DNA of 62,373 nt, filler included, from a bacterium (GTDB taxonomy: Bacteria > JALSQH01): the NCBI GenBank assembly GCA_026985515.1. It is 6 parts of 6 records of this genome, joined end to end, with 100 filler letters (N's around TTAATTAATTAA, not from the genome) between each part and the next. Parts side by side here need not be neighbours in the genome. Positions count along the whole stretch, not along the records: positions 23,192 to 45,876 come from JALSQH010000260.1; 5 more parts are not named here. One strand, 5' to 3'. A model generated the notes under the pieces. The model was given only the letters and a program-made list of their open reading frames with translations. It was not told the origin of the DNA and did not search any database. Below, piece after piece: positions 29,297 to 38,746 of this stretch. The position numbers and the translations under genes were made by a program. The number at the start of each line of letters is the position of its first letter. Positions within the stretch are counted from its first letter, which is position 1.

Positions 29297-29498
29297 CTCT
29301 CTTTTCCTCCTTTTTTTTAATTTTAAGTAAAAACAAAAGAGTTACAAGAAGTAAAAGATTGATGTAGGAATGTCGAAAAATGACTCTTCTTCCTGTTTTT
29401 ACTTGTTTTTTCTTTCTACATCCTCCTGTTCCTTTTCTGTCTGTTCTTTTAAAGTTTTCTACCATCTCTGACACTTCAAGTTTTCTACACACTTTTCT
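29297..29498. other. oriC: Candidate chromosomal replication origin (oriC unwinding region)
   Basis: dnaA-dnaN intergenic region with five related 9-mers (29363-71, 29371-79, 29412-20, 29455-63, 29481-89), a trio-like tract and an AT-rich tract next to the dnaN RBS. Confidence 0.7.
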
Positions 29499-30776
29499 TC
29501 ATCTTTTTTGACCGTTTATTATCATGTTTTTGATAATCTCAATTTCTGTCTCAAATGTTTTGTCGTTGCTGATTTTTTCCTTTATTTTCTGGTAAGAGGA
29601 TATGACGGTGGAGTGTTTTCTTCCAAATATTTTTCCTATTTCTTTGTAGGAGTAGTTCAGCATTTCCCTTATCAGGTATATTGCTATATGTCTTGCCTCT
29701 GAAATTGTTTTGGTTCTGCTGTTAGATTTAAGGTCTCCGGGATTGATGTTGAAGTAGTTTCCTATTCCCCTGAGAATCTTTTCAACGCTCACTTTATTGT
29801 TATCAAAGGAAACAATGTGGCTCAATTCCTGAATCAGAAACTCCTTTGTGATCACCTGCTTACCTTCAAGTTTTGCTCTGAAGTTGAGTGAGTGGAGAAG
29901 ATTTTCAATTTCGCGGATATTTTCTGGCGCATTTTTTGCAAAAATTTCAAGAGCCTCCTCTGTGAAGGGTAGATAGTTTCTCTCCTTTATTTTGTGTTGA
30001 ATTATTTTCTTTCTCGCTCCATAGTCTGGTGGTTTTATTTCAGCCATGAGTCCATAGGTCAGGCGGGATCTGAGCCTTTGAGGGATGTTATTGAGCTTGA
30101 AGGGATTTTCATCGCTTGTGACCACAATCTGCTTGTGTTTTCTTAAAAAGGAGTTGAGTACAGTGAAGAGTGCCTCACCTGTTTTTACCCAGCTTTCCTT
30201 GAAACACTGAATATCATCTATGAGCAGTACGTCATTTTCAAGCAATTCATTCACAAAGTCAAGATTTGAACCATTCATCATTGCGGATATATATCTGTTC
30301 ATAATTTCATCAGGATTGGTGTAGAAAATTTTGAAACCTGGCCTGGTGGCATACAACCTGTGACCGATGGCGTTGAGAATGTGGGTCTTTCCTATTCCAT
30401 ATCCACCATAGATAAACAGAGGATTGTGAACCTCTCCCGGATTCTCCGTAACTTCAATGGCAGCGTGGTAGGCTGTCTTATTAAAATTATCCACCACGAA
30501 GTTTTCAAAGGTCATTCTGCTGTCAAGATCAGGATGCAGACGTCTGTCTGTTTCATTTCCAGTATCAATCAGTATCCTGGTACTTCTATCACTTACCATT
30601 TTTTTCAGTTCCCCCTCCATTCTTCTGATCAGGTCCTGAAAGAACCAGCTGTCACAGATTATGTGTATTGCGTTTTTTTCTTTTTCCCATACGACTCTGA
30701 AGTGATTTGCAAGGGAAGGATCTTTCTGAATGAGAAAATCCCTTATCCTGGTTTCCAGTTCTTCTCCCGCTTCCAT
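29499..30776 (-). CDS. dnaA: Chromosomal replication initiator DnaA (divergent)
   Basis: TFENFVV, NPLFIYGGYGIGKTH, LLIDDIQ, RLRSR, NIREIE, domain IV; canonical position between rpmH and dnaN. Confidence 0.95.
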   Translation of the reverse strand: MEAGEELETRIRDFLIQKDPSLANHFRVVWEKEKNAIHIICDSWFFQDLIRRMEGELKKMVSDRSTRILIDTGNETDRRLHPDLDSRMTFENFVVDNFNKTAYHAAIEVTENPGEVHNPLFIYGGYGIGKTHILNAIGHRLYATRPGFKIFYTNPDEIMNRYISAMMNGSNLDFVNELLENDVLLIDDIQCFKESWVKTGEALFTVLNSFLRKHKQIVVTSDENPFKLNNIPQRLRSRLTYGLMAEIKPPDYGARKKIIQHKIKERNYLPFTEEALEIFAKNAPENIREIENLLHSLNFRAKLEGKQVITKEFLIQELSHIVSFDNNKVSVEKILRGIGNYFNINPGDLKSNSRTKTISEARHIAIYLIREMLNYSYKEIGKIFGRKHSTVISSYQKIKEKISNDKTFETEIEIIKNMIINGQKR

Positions 30777-30804
30777 AACACCTCCGCTGCGAATCCTCTG
30801 AATC

Positions 30805-30834
30805 TTGACAGAATTCCTTCTATGTGGTTATATA
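30805..30834 (+). promoter_or_regulatory. Possible rpmH-operon promoter
   Basis: Perfect TTGACA at 30805-10; weak -10 (TATATA) 18 bp downstream. Confidence 0.4.
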
Positions 30835-30869
30835 AAAAAACACATCTCTTTCAAAGAAGCCCGTTTTAT

Positions 30870-30898
30870 AGAATAGCGAAGGTTGGAATGGATGTCAA
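30870..30898 (-). promoter_or_regulatory. Probable dnaA promoter
   Basis: Minus strand TTGACA-17 bp-TATTCT. Confidence 0.65.
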
Positions 30899-30937
30899 TA
30901 GAAAATTTTAACTGCATGATTTATCAGGAGGAGAAGG

Positions 30938-31087
30938 ATGAAGAGAACCTACCAGCCACATAACATCAAGAGAGCAAGAACGCACGGCTTCAGGAAGAGG
31001 ATGAGGACAAAGGCGGGAAGAAAGGTTCTGAAGAGGAGGAGGCAGAAGGGGAGAAAGAGATTAACCGTTACAGTTTATGAAAAGTAA
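30938..31087 (+). CDS. rpmH: 50S ribosomal protein L34 (49 aa; absent from the ORF track)
   Basis: My translation: [58 protein letters not shown]. Confidence 0.98.
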   Translation: MKRTYQPHNIKRARTHGFRKRMRTKAGRKVLKRRRQKGRKRLTVTVYEK

Positions 31088-31442
31088 AAAGAAATTTGGG
31101 TGGGGGAAAGAGTACAGAATCAACAGGTCAAGAGATTTTCAGAGAATCAAGAAGTATGGAAAAAAGAGGAAAACAGAGCTTTTTGATGTGTGGTACCTTC
31201 AGGAGGTAAGAGAGCATCCACCCGTAAGACTTGCCATTGTAGTAAGGAAAAAGGTTGCCAGGGCTGTCAAGAGAAACAGAATAAGGAGACTCATAAGGGA
31301 GTATTTCAGATTGCACCAGCATGAACTTCCCGGTGGTGATTACGTTGTAATCGTGAAAAAATTGCCGGAAGAGTTAAAATATCAGGCAGTGGAGAGAATC
31401 TTTGATGAGGAAATTTTTCCATCTCTTAAAAAAATTGGTTGA
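31077..31442 (+). CDS. rnpA: Ribonuclease P protein component
   Basis: [18 protein letters not shown] (RNR motif); synteny. Confidence 0.95.
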   Translation: MKSKKKFGWGKEYRINRSRDFQRIKKYGKKRKTELFDVWYLQEVREHPPVRLAIVVRKKVARAVKRNRIRRLIREYFRLHQHELPGGDYVVIVKKLPEELKYQAVERIFDEEIFPSLKKIG

Positions 31443-31713
31443 ACTGGCAGGGAAATTTATTTCTCTTTTCCTGATCGTGCTGATAAAGTTTTACCAGCTC
31501 TTTATTTCTCCTGCCTTTCCAGGTTCATGTCGTTTCTATCCAACCTGTTCAAATTATTCAATTGAGGCAATAAAGAGGTTTGGTCCTGTGAAAGGTGGTT
31601 ACCTTTCAGTTAAGAGAATAGTAAGATGTAATCCCTGGAATCCAGGTGGCTACGACCCGGTTCCCGAGAAGAAGGAGGATAGATCTTGGAAAAAAGGGCA
31701 CTTCTTGCAATAA
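31405..31713 (+). CDS. yidD: Membrane protein insertion efficiency factor (start uncertain)
   Basis: [31 protein letters not shown]. Confidence 0.95.
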   Translation: MRKFFHLLKKLVELAGKFISLFLIVLIKFYQLFISPAFPGSCRFYPTCSNYSIEAIKRFGPVKGGYLSVKRIVRCNPWNPGGYDPVPEKKEDRSWKKGHFLQ

Positions 31714-33314
31714 TTTTGAGTTTCATTGTTCTCTACATTTTTCAGGCATATTTTCTTCCTCCTCCTCCTCCACAGCAGAATCAGAGTAAGGAGGTGAAGA
31801 GGGCGGAGCAGGGAGAGAAAATTAACAGAATCAGCAAAATTCATGCAAAAAAAGCAGTTTCAGAAAAACTTTCTCTCAATATTTCATCAGAGGTGGAGAG
31901 AGCTGTTCATGTTGAAAATGAGGATGTTAAGGGTGAGGTGTTTTCCCCGGGTGGTGGATTCAGGAATCTTTATCTTAAAAAGTATAGAGTAAGTGTTGAA
32001 AAGAATTCCCCTCCTGTGAGACTCATTGGACCGTACGGCAGCTTCCTTTTTGAGGCAGATGTCAATGGAAAGAAATTTATCAATTTTCCATTTTCAATAA
32101 CTTCTGGAGGTAGGCGAGTTTCCCTGATTTACTCAGGCAGTTTCCTTACCGTTACAGAGGGGGTGAGTTACGGGAAGGAGGGTTATACCTTTGATGTATA
32201 CTACGGTTACACCAACAGACTCACCCGTCCTGTTGATCTGAAACTTGTCATCTATCTCCAGTATCCCGTAACAGGGGAGAGCAGCAGATATTTCTTCCGC
32301 GGACCCGTTGTAGATTTTGAGGAGAGTTTAAAGAAGATAAAGGAGAAGGAGATAAAGAAGAAGGGGAGAGTGATATACAGTGGAGATGTTAAATGGGCTG
32401 GTTTTACTGACAGATACTTCTTGCAGGCGGTGGTGACGGATGGTATGAATCCAGAGGTTGAAATTACGGGGAATGATAGAATTTACAGAATGAGAGTGAT
32501 AATTTTTGACAGGCCCGTGGATCCAGGGGTAAAGGTGGTAAAGAAGGTAAAGATTTATACCGGTCCCAAGAAACTTTCAATTCTGAAGGACGCCGGGGGC
32601 GATCTCCACAGGGCGGTTGATTTTGGAATATGGGGAATCATAGCGAGGCCAACTCTTGCACTTCTTAATCTTTTCAATTTAATTTTCCACAACTACGGAT
32701 GGAGCATAATTCTTCTAACCATTCTCATAAAGATTCTTTTCTATCCTCTCACCCTCAAGAGTTACCAGTCTATGGCCAAATTAAAGGAATTGCAGCCCCT
32801 CATGGAGGAGATCAAGCAGAAGTATGCCGATAACCGGGAGAAGATGAACCAGGAATTGATGGAGCTGTACAGAAAATATAAGGTGAATCCCATGGGTGGA
32901 TGTCTCCCCACCCTTATTCAGATACCGATTTTCATCGCGCTTTACTATGTGTTGTTGAGGTCAATAGAGCTTCGACATGCCCACTTTCTCCTCTGGATAA
33001 AGGATTTAAGTGCACCGGAGACTCTTTTTACCATTGCTCTTGGCAGTTTTCACCTCCCCATCAGGGTGCTTCCGATTCTCATGGGTGTTACGATGTACCT
33101 CCAGCAGAAGCTCTCTCCCACAGGTATGGATAAATCACAGCAGATGATATTCACCCTGCTACCACTTATCTTTACCGTTCTCTTCTATGGTCTTCCATCA
33201 GGTCTGATGCTCTACTGGTCAACTAACAATATTATTTCCATTTATCAGCAGCTCAGAATAAACAAGTTTCTTGAGAACGGTAAGAAGGAAAAGGTGTCTA
33301 AAAAGAAGAAATGA
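31686..33314 (+). CDS. yidC: Membrane protein insertase YidC
   Basis: [45 protein letters not shown]. Confidence 0.97.
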   Translation: MEKRALLAIILSFIVLYIFQAYFLPPPPPQQNQSKEVKRAEQGEKINRISKIHAKKAVSEKLSLNISSEVERAVHVENEDVKGEVFSPGGGFRNLYLKKYRVSVEKNSPPVRLIGPYGSFLFEADVNGKKFINFPFSITSGGRRVSLIYSGSFLTVTEGVSYGKEGYTFDVYYGYTNRLTRPVDLKLVIYLQYPVTGESSRYFFRGPVVDFEESLKKIKEKEIKKKGRVIYSGDVKWAGFTDRYFLQAVVTDGMNPEVEITGNDRIYRMRVIIFDRPVDPGVKVVKKVKIYTGPKKLSILKDAGGDLHRAVDFGIWGIIARPTLALLNLFNLIFHNYGWSIILLTILIKILFYPLTLKSYQSMAKLKELQPLMEEIKQKYADNREKMNQELMELYRKYKVNPMGGCLPTLIQIPIFIALYYVLLRSIELRHAHFLLWIKDLSAPETLFTIALGSFHLPIRVLPILMGVTMYLQQKLSPTGMDKSQQMIFTLLPLIFTVLFYGLPSGLMLYWSTNNIISIYQQLRINKFLENGKKEKVSKKKK

Positions 33315-34336
33315 AAAAGATTTTGATCATTTCCTTTCTCCTTTTTTTTCTTGTCTCATGTGGAGGAACCTATTCGCCAGATTGTGCAAAACCAGAGCCT
33401 GGAGACTGGTCTTCTCCTGAGAGAATAGTAAAGTTTTTTGATCCTGTCTGGGGAAAAGGGGTCCTGGTGCTGAATACCAATGTTGCGGGGAAGTACTGTT
33501 ATGGATTTGTAACCTATGTATCTGAGGTGTCTGGTCCAGTAAAGGTCATTCCCATTCCGCGGGAGAGGGGAAAGAGCATTATTTCTGGGCTTGCCTATGA
33601 CAGGAAAGATGGAGTTATTTTTACGGGGGAGAGAAGCGAGAGGAAGCTCTATGGGGTAAGGTACAGTGATGGAAAGGTGATTGTAAGGTATTCTCTTGAC
33701 AGGAACCCTCTTTTTGTTAAGTACTACGATGAAATTATCTGGGGTGGCAGTGTGAAGAAAGATGTTGTTGCTCTGCTGACTTCAGCCACGCCATCTCATA
33801 ATCAGGCTGCCCTCTACCTCTGGGAGGCCTCGTCTCTTCTTCAGGGTAAAGGACCCTTTGCCTCTTATACATTGAAAATGAAAATGCCGGCAGGAATGAT
33901 TTACCGTGACAGGAGATTTTTTATCGTGCCTTACGATACGGGTGATCTTGAAATAATTTACCCGGAAGATGGAAGGAAAAAACTTATATCCTTTCCCTAC
34001 ACCTCCCTCTCCTGGGGAACGACTTATATAACCTACTGCACCTCCATTGATGAGATATGTATAAACTCCAATTCAGTGAAAAGAATTCTTCTCTTTGACT
34101 ACCACGGGGAAAGATGGGATGGGGATGTGGATCTGGGAATGAAGACATACAATTTTCAGGATGTAAATGGTGACCTGTATCTCTCCTCATATGACCCACC
34201 TGGCGTTTTTCGCTTCAGTGCAGGGGAGAAAATTGATGTTTACACACCGGAAAAGTATTCCTTTGTGGTTGTGGATGGTAACAGGGTTTATGTAAGCGAT
34301 TTTAACGGTGATAATTTTAAGGTGATTGAAAGATGA
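33311..34336 (+). CDS. Uncharacterised lipoprotein, probable beta-propeller
   Basis: Signal peptide with lipobox LVSC; repeated 4-strand blade-like patterns; ATGA overlap with yidC. Confidence 0.7.
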   Translation: MKKILIISFLLFFLVSCGGTYSPDCAKPEPGDWSSPERIVKFFDPVWGKGVLVLNTNVAGKYCYGFVTYVSEVSGPVKVIPIPRERGKSIISGLAYDRKDGVIFTGERSERKLYGVRYSDGKVIVRYSLDRNPLFVKYYDEIIWGGSVKKDVVALLTSATPSHNQAALYLWEASSLLQGKGPFASYTLKMKMPAGMIYRDRRFFIVPYDTGDLEIIYPEDGRKKLISFPYTSLSWGTTYITYCTSIDEICINSNSVKRILLFDYHGERWDGDVDLGMKTYNFQDVNGDLYLSSYDPPGVFRFSAGEKIDVYTPEKYSFVVVDGNRVYVSDFNGDNFKVIER

Positions 34337-35907
34337 GAAATTTGAGGTTCGTTTTACCCCTTTTGCTTTTCCCGGTTCTTTTTTTTACAGCATGTGAGAA
34401 TAATACTGGTACCGGTGCAGAGTACCTCTTCTCCAGTGTGGATTATCTCATCACAACCTATCCATCCAGTGAAACGACTTTTGTGGTTGATAGTTCAAAA
34501 AGAAGAATTTTGATGATAGATCTTCTGAAAGGGGGGGTAGTTGATCTGGTTAAAGGCGACGGGATCAGTGGAATCCCCTTTTACGAGGATTTCAATTTTG
34601 TGGATGCAGCAGCAGTTCCAGGAAGAATGTTGGCTCTCTACTCTGATGGTGAAACCTCTGTGGTTTTACTGTACAAACTGGACAGAATTCCCGCTGATGG
34701 AGAACCCTACTATTCCATCCATCCTGTCGGTTCAGATGCACAGAAGGTTTTTACCACGGGTAGCAGATGGGGTATCCTCTATCCTGATCATATTGATTTT
34801 TATTCTCTCTCATTAACAATGGTTGAGAGGGCGGATACGGGAGTTTCAGCCTTCTGGAAGAGGGTGAAGGTAAATGGGAAATTTTTAATTCTCATTCCAT
34901 CATTCAGGAAAGAGGTTTATGTTTTTGATCCTGAAAATTCTTCTTCAAGAGTTTTTCATCTAAATTTTCTTCCCTCAGATGCTTTTATTATGGGAGGCGA
35001 TCTTTATGTGATTGGTGGGGGAAAAGTTGCCAGGTTTGATATGGATGGTGAGATGATTGGAGAAAGGGAAATGGAGATACTGTGGGAGTATGCTCATTCT
35101 TCAACTGGCAATGTTCTTGGAGTGTACGATGGAGAGTATTTTGCTCTTCTCTCCGGTAAGGGTGGCTTATTTTTCATGAAGCCTGATCTATGTTTCATAT
35201 CCAGATACAGTCCGGGGGTTAAGGAAAAGTTCTTTGTGGACAGGGGGAATCCATCCAATCCAACCCTTGAAATCACAGATTTTTCCAGCTGTGTGGGGGA
35301 TGTTCCTGATGATTCTTTCACTCTCATATATGGGGACATTGTGATTAGGGACAACTATGTGGAGAGTGTTACATCTGATAATTGTTTTACATTGAGGAAG
35401 GAAATTGATGGAGAGAGGTTAAAAAGGGGAGATCTTGTTTTTCTTAAGGGGAATGAGGTTAACGAATTTCGCCTGAGATGGTGGAGTAAAGACACGTTGT
35501 GTGTAGAGGAGAAGGTTCCTGAAGGTGTCAGGGATGATAGTGTTACGGTGAGAATGGATGGTTATGCTCTCTACTCACTGAAGAGGGGTTACATTGGCAG
35601 GATGGGGAAAAATGATGAATTTGATCTGGGTTATATGAAGTTGAAGGTGCATGAGGGAGACAGGCCGGTGACAGTGGATGATTATTTTGTGTTTTCAATT
35701 TCAAGCGGAATAAGAGGAATTTACCTCTACGATATCTCTGGAAATTTTTACAACTACAGTTTTGCTGCCGGTGAGTATCAGTATGTCAGTGCCCTACCAG
35801 CGGGATTTTACATATATGGTGATTTGGCAGAAATTCTCTACTCTTCAGAGCATCTTGTCGGGATTTTTTCCATTTCCAGTGGTAAAATTGTAGAAGAGAT
35901 CCAGTAA
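34333..35907 (+). CDS. Uncharacterised lipoprotein, beta-rich (propeller plus inserted domain?)
   Basis: Lipobox FTAC; beta-strand-rich; ATGA overlap with the upstream gene; stop 1 nt before the mnmE ATG. Confidence 0.7.
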   Translation: MRNLRFVLPLLLFPVLFFTACENNTGTGAEYLFSSVDYLITTYPSSETTFVVDSSKRRILMIDLLKGGVVDLVKGDGISGIPFYEDFNFVDAAAVPGRMLALYSDGETSVVLLYKLDRIPADGEPYYSIHPVGSDAQKVFTTGSRWGILYPDHIDFYSLSLTMVERADTGVSAFWKRVKVNGKFLILIPSFRKEVYVFDPENSSSRVFHLNFLPSDAFIMGGDLYVIGGGKVARFDMDGEMIGEREMEILWEYAHSSTGNVLGVYDGEYFALLSGKGGLFFMKPDLCFISRYSPGVKEKFFVDRGNPSNPTLEITDFSSCVGDVPDDSFTLIYGDIVIRDNYVESVTSDNCFTLRKEIDGERLKRGDLVFLKGNEVNEFRLRWWSKDTLCVEEKVPEGVRDDSVTVRMDGYALYSLKRGYIGRMGKNDEFDLGYMKLKVHEGDRPVTVDDYFVFSISSGIRGIYLYDISGNFYNYSFAAGEYQYVSALPAGFYIYGDLAEILYSSEHLVGIFSISSGKIVEEIQ

Positions 35908-35908
35908 A

Positions 35909-37288
35909 ATGAAGCCCTCATCCATCTACGACACCATTGCTGCAATTTCAACTCCCCCTGGTGAGGGTGGAATAGGTGTGATCAGGGTCAGCGGTGAAAA
36001 GAGTCTTGATGTGGCCAGAAAATTTTTTCGAAAGCCTGATGGAAAGCCCGTTGAATCTTTCAGACCAAGGTATGCCTATTTTGGAATGGTGGTTGATTCA
36101 GAGGGAAGGGAGATTGACAGGGGGATTGGTATATACTTTCAGGCCCCCTCATCCTACACAGGTGAGGATGTTTTCGAATTTCAACTACATGGAAGTCCGG
36201 TGATTCTCAATAAGCTGCTGGAGGAGATACTTGATGCCGGAGTAAGACTGGCAGAGCCGGGTGAATTTACCAAAAGAGCCTTTCTCAATGGTAAAATTGA
36301 TCTGCTTCAGGCTGAAGGGGTTATTGATCTTATTCAGGCATACAGTGAAAAAGCCGCTGAAAATGCAAGGAGGCTTCTTGAGGGAGAACTTTCCTCCATT
36401 ATGTGGGAAATAAGGGACACCTTAAAGGAGGTTCTTCTCCATCTTGAAGCTGCCATCGATTTTCCTGAGGAGGATCTTGAACTTGAGGAGTATCCACAGC
36501 TTATTGAAAAGTTGAAGATGGTTGATGAAAAATTAAAGAAGTTGCTTAACTCGTATTTACCCGGACGGATTTTCCAGTATGGTGCTGCTGTCACTCTCGT
36601 TGGAGCCCCCAATGTGGGGAAATCTCATCTTTTGAACAGACTTTTGAGGAGAGAAAGGGCAATAGTAAGCGAAGTACCGGGTACCACAAGAGATTTTATT
36701 GAGGAGAAAACTCTCATTGCGGGTATCCCTGTCAGACTCGTTGATACTGCGGGTATAAGGGAGACCTCTGATCCGGTTGAGAAGACCGGCATTGAATTTA
36801 CATTGAAAAAGGTTGGAGAAAGTGATCTTGTTCTTTTCATCTTTGACTCTTCCAGAGAGCCGCATCAGTATGAAATAGATTTTTCCCGGCAGATACCTGA
36901 GGAAAAAAGAATAGTTGTCCTCAATAAAAGCGACATCGCAGTCAGAGAGGTTGTGGAAAAGATTAAGGAACTTTATCCTGAGAGTGTAGTGGTTTCTGCC
37001 CTTACAGGTGAGAACATTGAAAAACTGGAGGAAAAAATTAAGGAAAAGATAAAGGTAGCCTCGATATCTGCTGATGTGATGCTTACAAGTGAGAGACAGT
37101 ACAGACTGGTAAAAGAGGCTGAACTTTCAATTTCCAGATCCATTGAAGAGATGGTAAGGAACTCTCCTGCGGAATTTGTTGCCCTTGAGGTCAGGGCAGC
37201 TCTGGAGAGAATAGGTGAACTAACTGGAGAGTTCTACACAGAGGAGTTGCTTGAGGAAATCTTTGACAGGTTCTGTATAGGTAAATGA
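35909..37288 (+). CDS. mnmE: tRNA modification GTPase MnmE
   Basis: DTIAAISTPPG, GAPNVGKS, GTTRD, DTAG, NKSD, C-terminal FCIGK. Confidence 0.97.
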   Translation: MKPSSIYDTIAAISTPPGEGGIGVIRVSGEKSLDVARKFFRKPDGKPVESFRPRYAYFGMVVDSEGREIDRGIGIYFQAPSSYTGEDVFEFQLHGSPVILNKLLEEILDAGVRLAEPGEFTKRAFLNGKIDLLQAEGVIDLIQAYSEKAAENARRLLEGELSSIMWEIRDTLKEVLLHLEAAIDFPEEDLELEEYPQLIEKLKMVDEKLKKLLNSYLPGRIFQYGAAVTLVGAPNVGKSHLLNRLLRRERAIVSEVPGTTRDFIEEKTLIAGIPVRLVDTAGIRETSDPVEKTGIEFTLKKVGESDLVLFIFDSSREPHQYEIDFSRQIPEEKRIVVLNKSDIAVREVVEKIKELYPESVVVSALTGENIEKLEEKIKEKIKVASISADVMLTSERQYRLVKEAELSISRSIEEMVRNSPAEFVALEVRAALERIGELTGEFYTEELLEEIFDRFCIGK

Positions 37289-38655
37289 AGAGAACTGAAG
37301 GTGTAAAAACTCTCCTTGGTGATCCCAGAAAGGCGATAATCAAACTTTCTGGCCCGATGGTAATTGCTCTTTTTGTACAATCCCTCTACAACCTTGCCGA
37401 TGCGGTGTGGGTTGCCGGACTGGGGTCAGACGCTCTTTCGGCAATCGGGATGTTTTTTCCAGTTTTTATGATAATTATGGCACTGGCGTCCGGTGTTGGC
37501 CTGGGGGGAAGTTCCGCCATTTCGAGAAAAATTGGTGCAAGGGATAAGGAACTGGCTGATCAGGCCGCAATTCACACCCTCATCTTTGGTATGGGCCTGA
37601 TTGTAACAGTGAGTCTGCTCATATACCCCTTTTTATCACAGATATTCAGGTTGATGGGGGCAGAGGGTGAGGTTCTCACCATGGTGGTTGGTTATGCCAG
37701 AATCCTTGTTCTGGGTTCCGTTTTCCTCGTTTACAACAACATTGTAAATGGAATTCTGAGGGGAGAAGGGGATACCAGAAGGGCAATGATTGCAATGACC
37801 GCTGGCTCACTTCTCAATATATTTCTGGATCCTCTTTTCATATATGGTTTTAAACTGGGGGTGAATGGAGCTGCATGGGCTACTCTTTTTTCCATAATTG
37901 TCACAGGTCTCATCATGAGCAACTGGCTGTTTCTCAGGAGAGATACCTTCGTAAGTGTAAGACCGGGTAAATTCAGATTTAATGGGAAACTCCTCTTTGA
38001 GATTTTGAGGGTGGGGATTCCATCATCCTTTGGCCAGATAGCAATGGCTTCAACGGTTTTTATTCTCAATGTGATGGTGGGACATCTTGGAGGGAGTGAG
38101 GGAATTGCCGTTTTTACGGCTGCATGGAGGATAATTCTGATTGGAGTTATACCTCTGATGGGAATCGCCATTGGTGTTACAGCAGTTACTGCTGCTGCCT
38201 ATGGAGAGAAAAACTATGAAAAACTGAAAACTGGCTATCTTTTCGGTGTCAGAATCGGTTTTTTGAGTGAGCTTGTTGTTTCCCTTGTCATCTTCATTTT
38301 TGCAAAGCAGGTCAGTTATATCTTTACCTACTCAAAGGGGGCTGTTCACCTTCTCAAACCCCTTGTAAGGGCAATGAGAATTTTGATAATATTTGTACCC
38401 TTTGTGCCTCTGGGCATGCTTACCTCATCCTTGTTTCAGGGGATAGGGAAGGGAGAGTATTCTCTTGCCATAATGATACTGAGGACAGTTATTTTTCAAC
38501 TATTTTTTGCCTATCTTTTTGGTTATTCCCTTGGTTATGGTCTCACAGGTGTATGGAGTGGTATTACAACGGGGAATGTGCTGGCAAGCAGCCTGGCAAT
38601 TTCGTGGGGGTTGTATTATATTTCTCTGCTGAGACAGAGACTGATGAGACCATGA
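37285..38655 (+). CDS. MATE family efflux transporter
   Basis: YNLADxxWV, LRGEGD, NIFLDPLFI, GAAWAT; ~12 TM helices. Confidence 0.92.
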   Translation: MKRTEGVKTLLGDPRKAIIKLSGPMVIALFVQSLYNLADAVWVAGLGSDALSAIGMFFPVFMIIMALASGVGLGGSSAISRKIGARDKELADQAAIHTLIFGMGLIVTVSLLIYPFLSQIFRLMGAEGEVLTMVVGYARILVLGSVFLVYNNIVNGILRGEGDTRRAMIAMTAGSLLNIFLDPLFIYGFKLGVNGAAWATLFSIIVTGLIMSNWLFLRRDTFVSVRPGKFRFNGKLLFEILRVGIPSSFGQIAMASTVFILNVMVGHLGGSEGIAVFTAAWRIILIGVIPLMGIAIGVTAVTAAAYGEKNYEKLKTGYLFGVRIGFLSELVVSLVIFIFAKQVSYIFTYSKGAVHLLKPLVRAMRILIIFVPFVPLGMLTSSLFQGIGKGEYSLAIMILRTVIFQLFFAYLFGYSLGYGLTGVWSGITTGNVLASSLAISWGLYYISLLRQRLMRP

Positions 38656-38720
38656 AATTCAGACAGGCAAAATTGGCCTTTTAACACTGCTTTATCCTTC
38701 AATCTGAGTGAGATTTTTAA

Positions 38721-38746
38721 AAAGGAGGGGAATTCCCCCTCCCTTT
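38721..38746. terminator. Probable bidirectional terminator between convergent genes
   Basis: AAAGGAGGGG-AATT-CCCCCTCCCTTT hairpin with A/T flanks. Confidence 0.6.

Noticed and set aside
29277..29492. 71-aa ORF in the dnaA-dnaN gap
   Set aside because: Low-complexity translation of the AT-rich candidate origin; it overlaps the dnaN start and has no recognisable motif.
30487..30495. Near-canonical DnaA box TTATCCACC
   Set aside because: Single copy inside dnaA coding sequence (VVDN codons); explicable by coding constraint.
30360..30911. 183-aa ORF antisense to dnaA (likewise 46758-47390, 42251-42784 and other shadow ORFs)
   Set aside because: Antisense to well-supported genes, with no family motifs.
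10528..38655. Antibiotic-resistance island (VanZ, MarC, MATE)
   Set aside because: Widespread housekeeping-type families, scattered and without mobile-element context.
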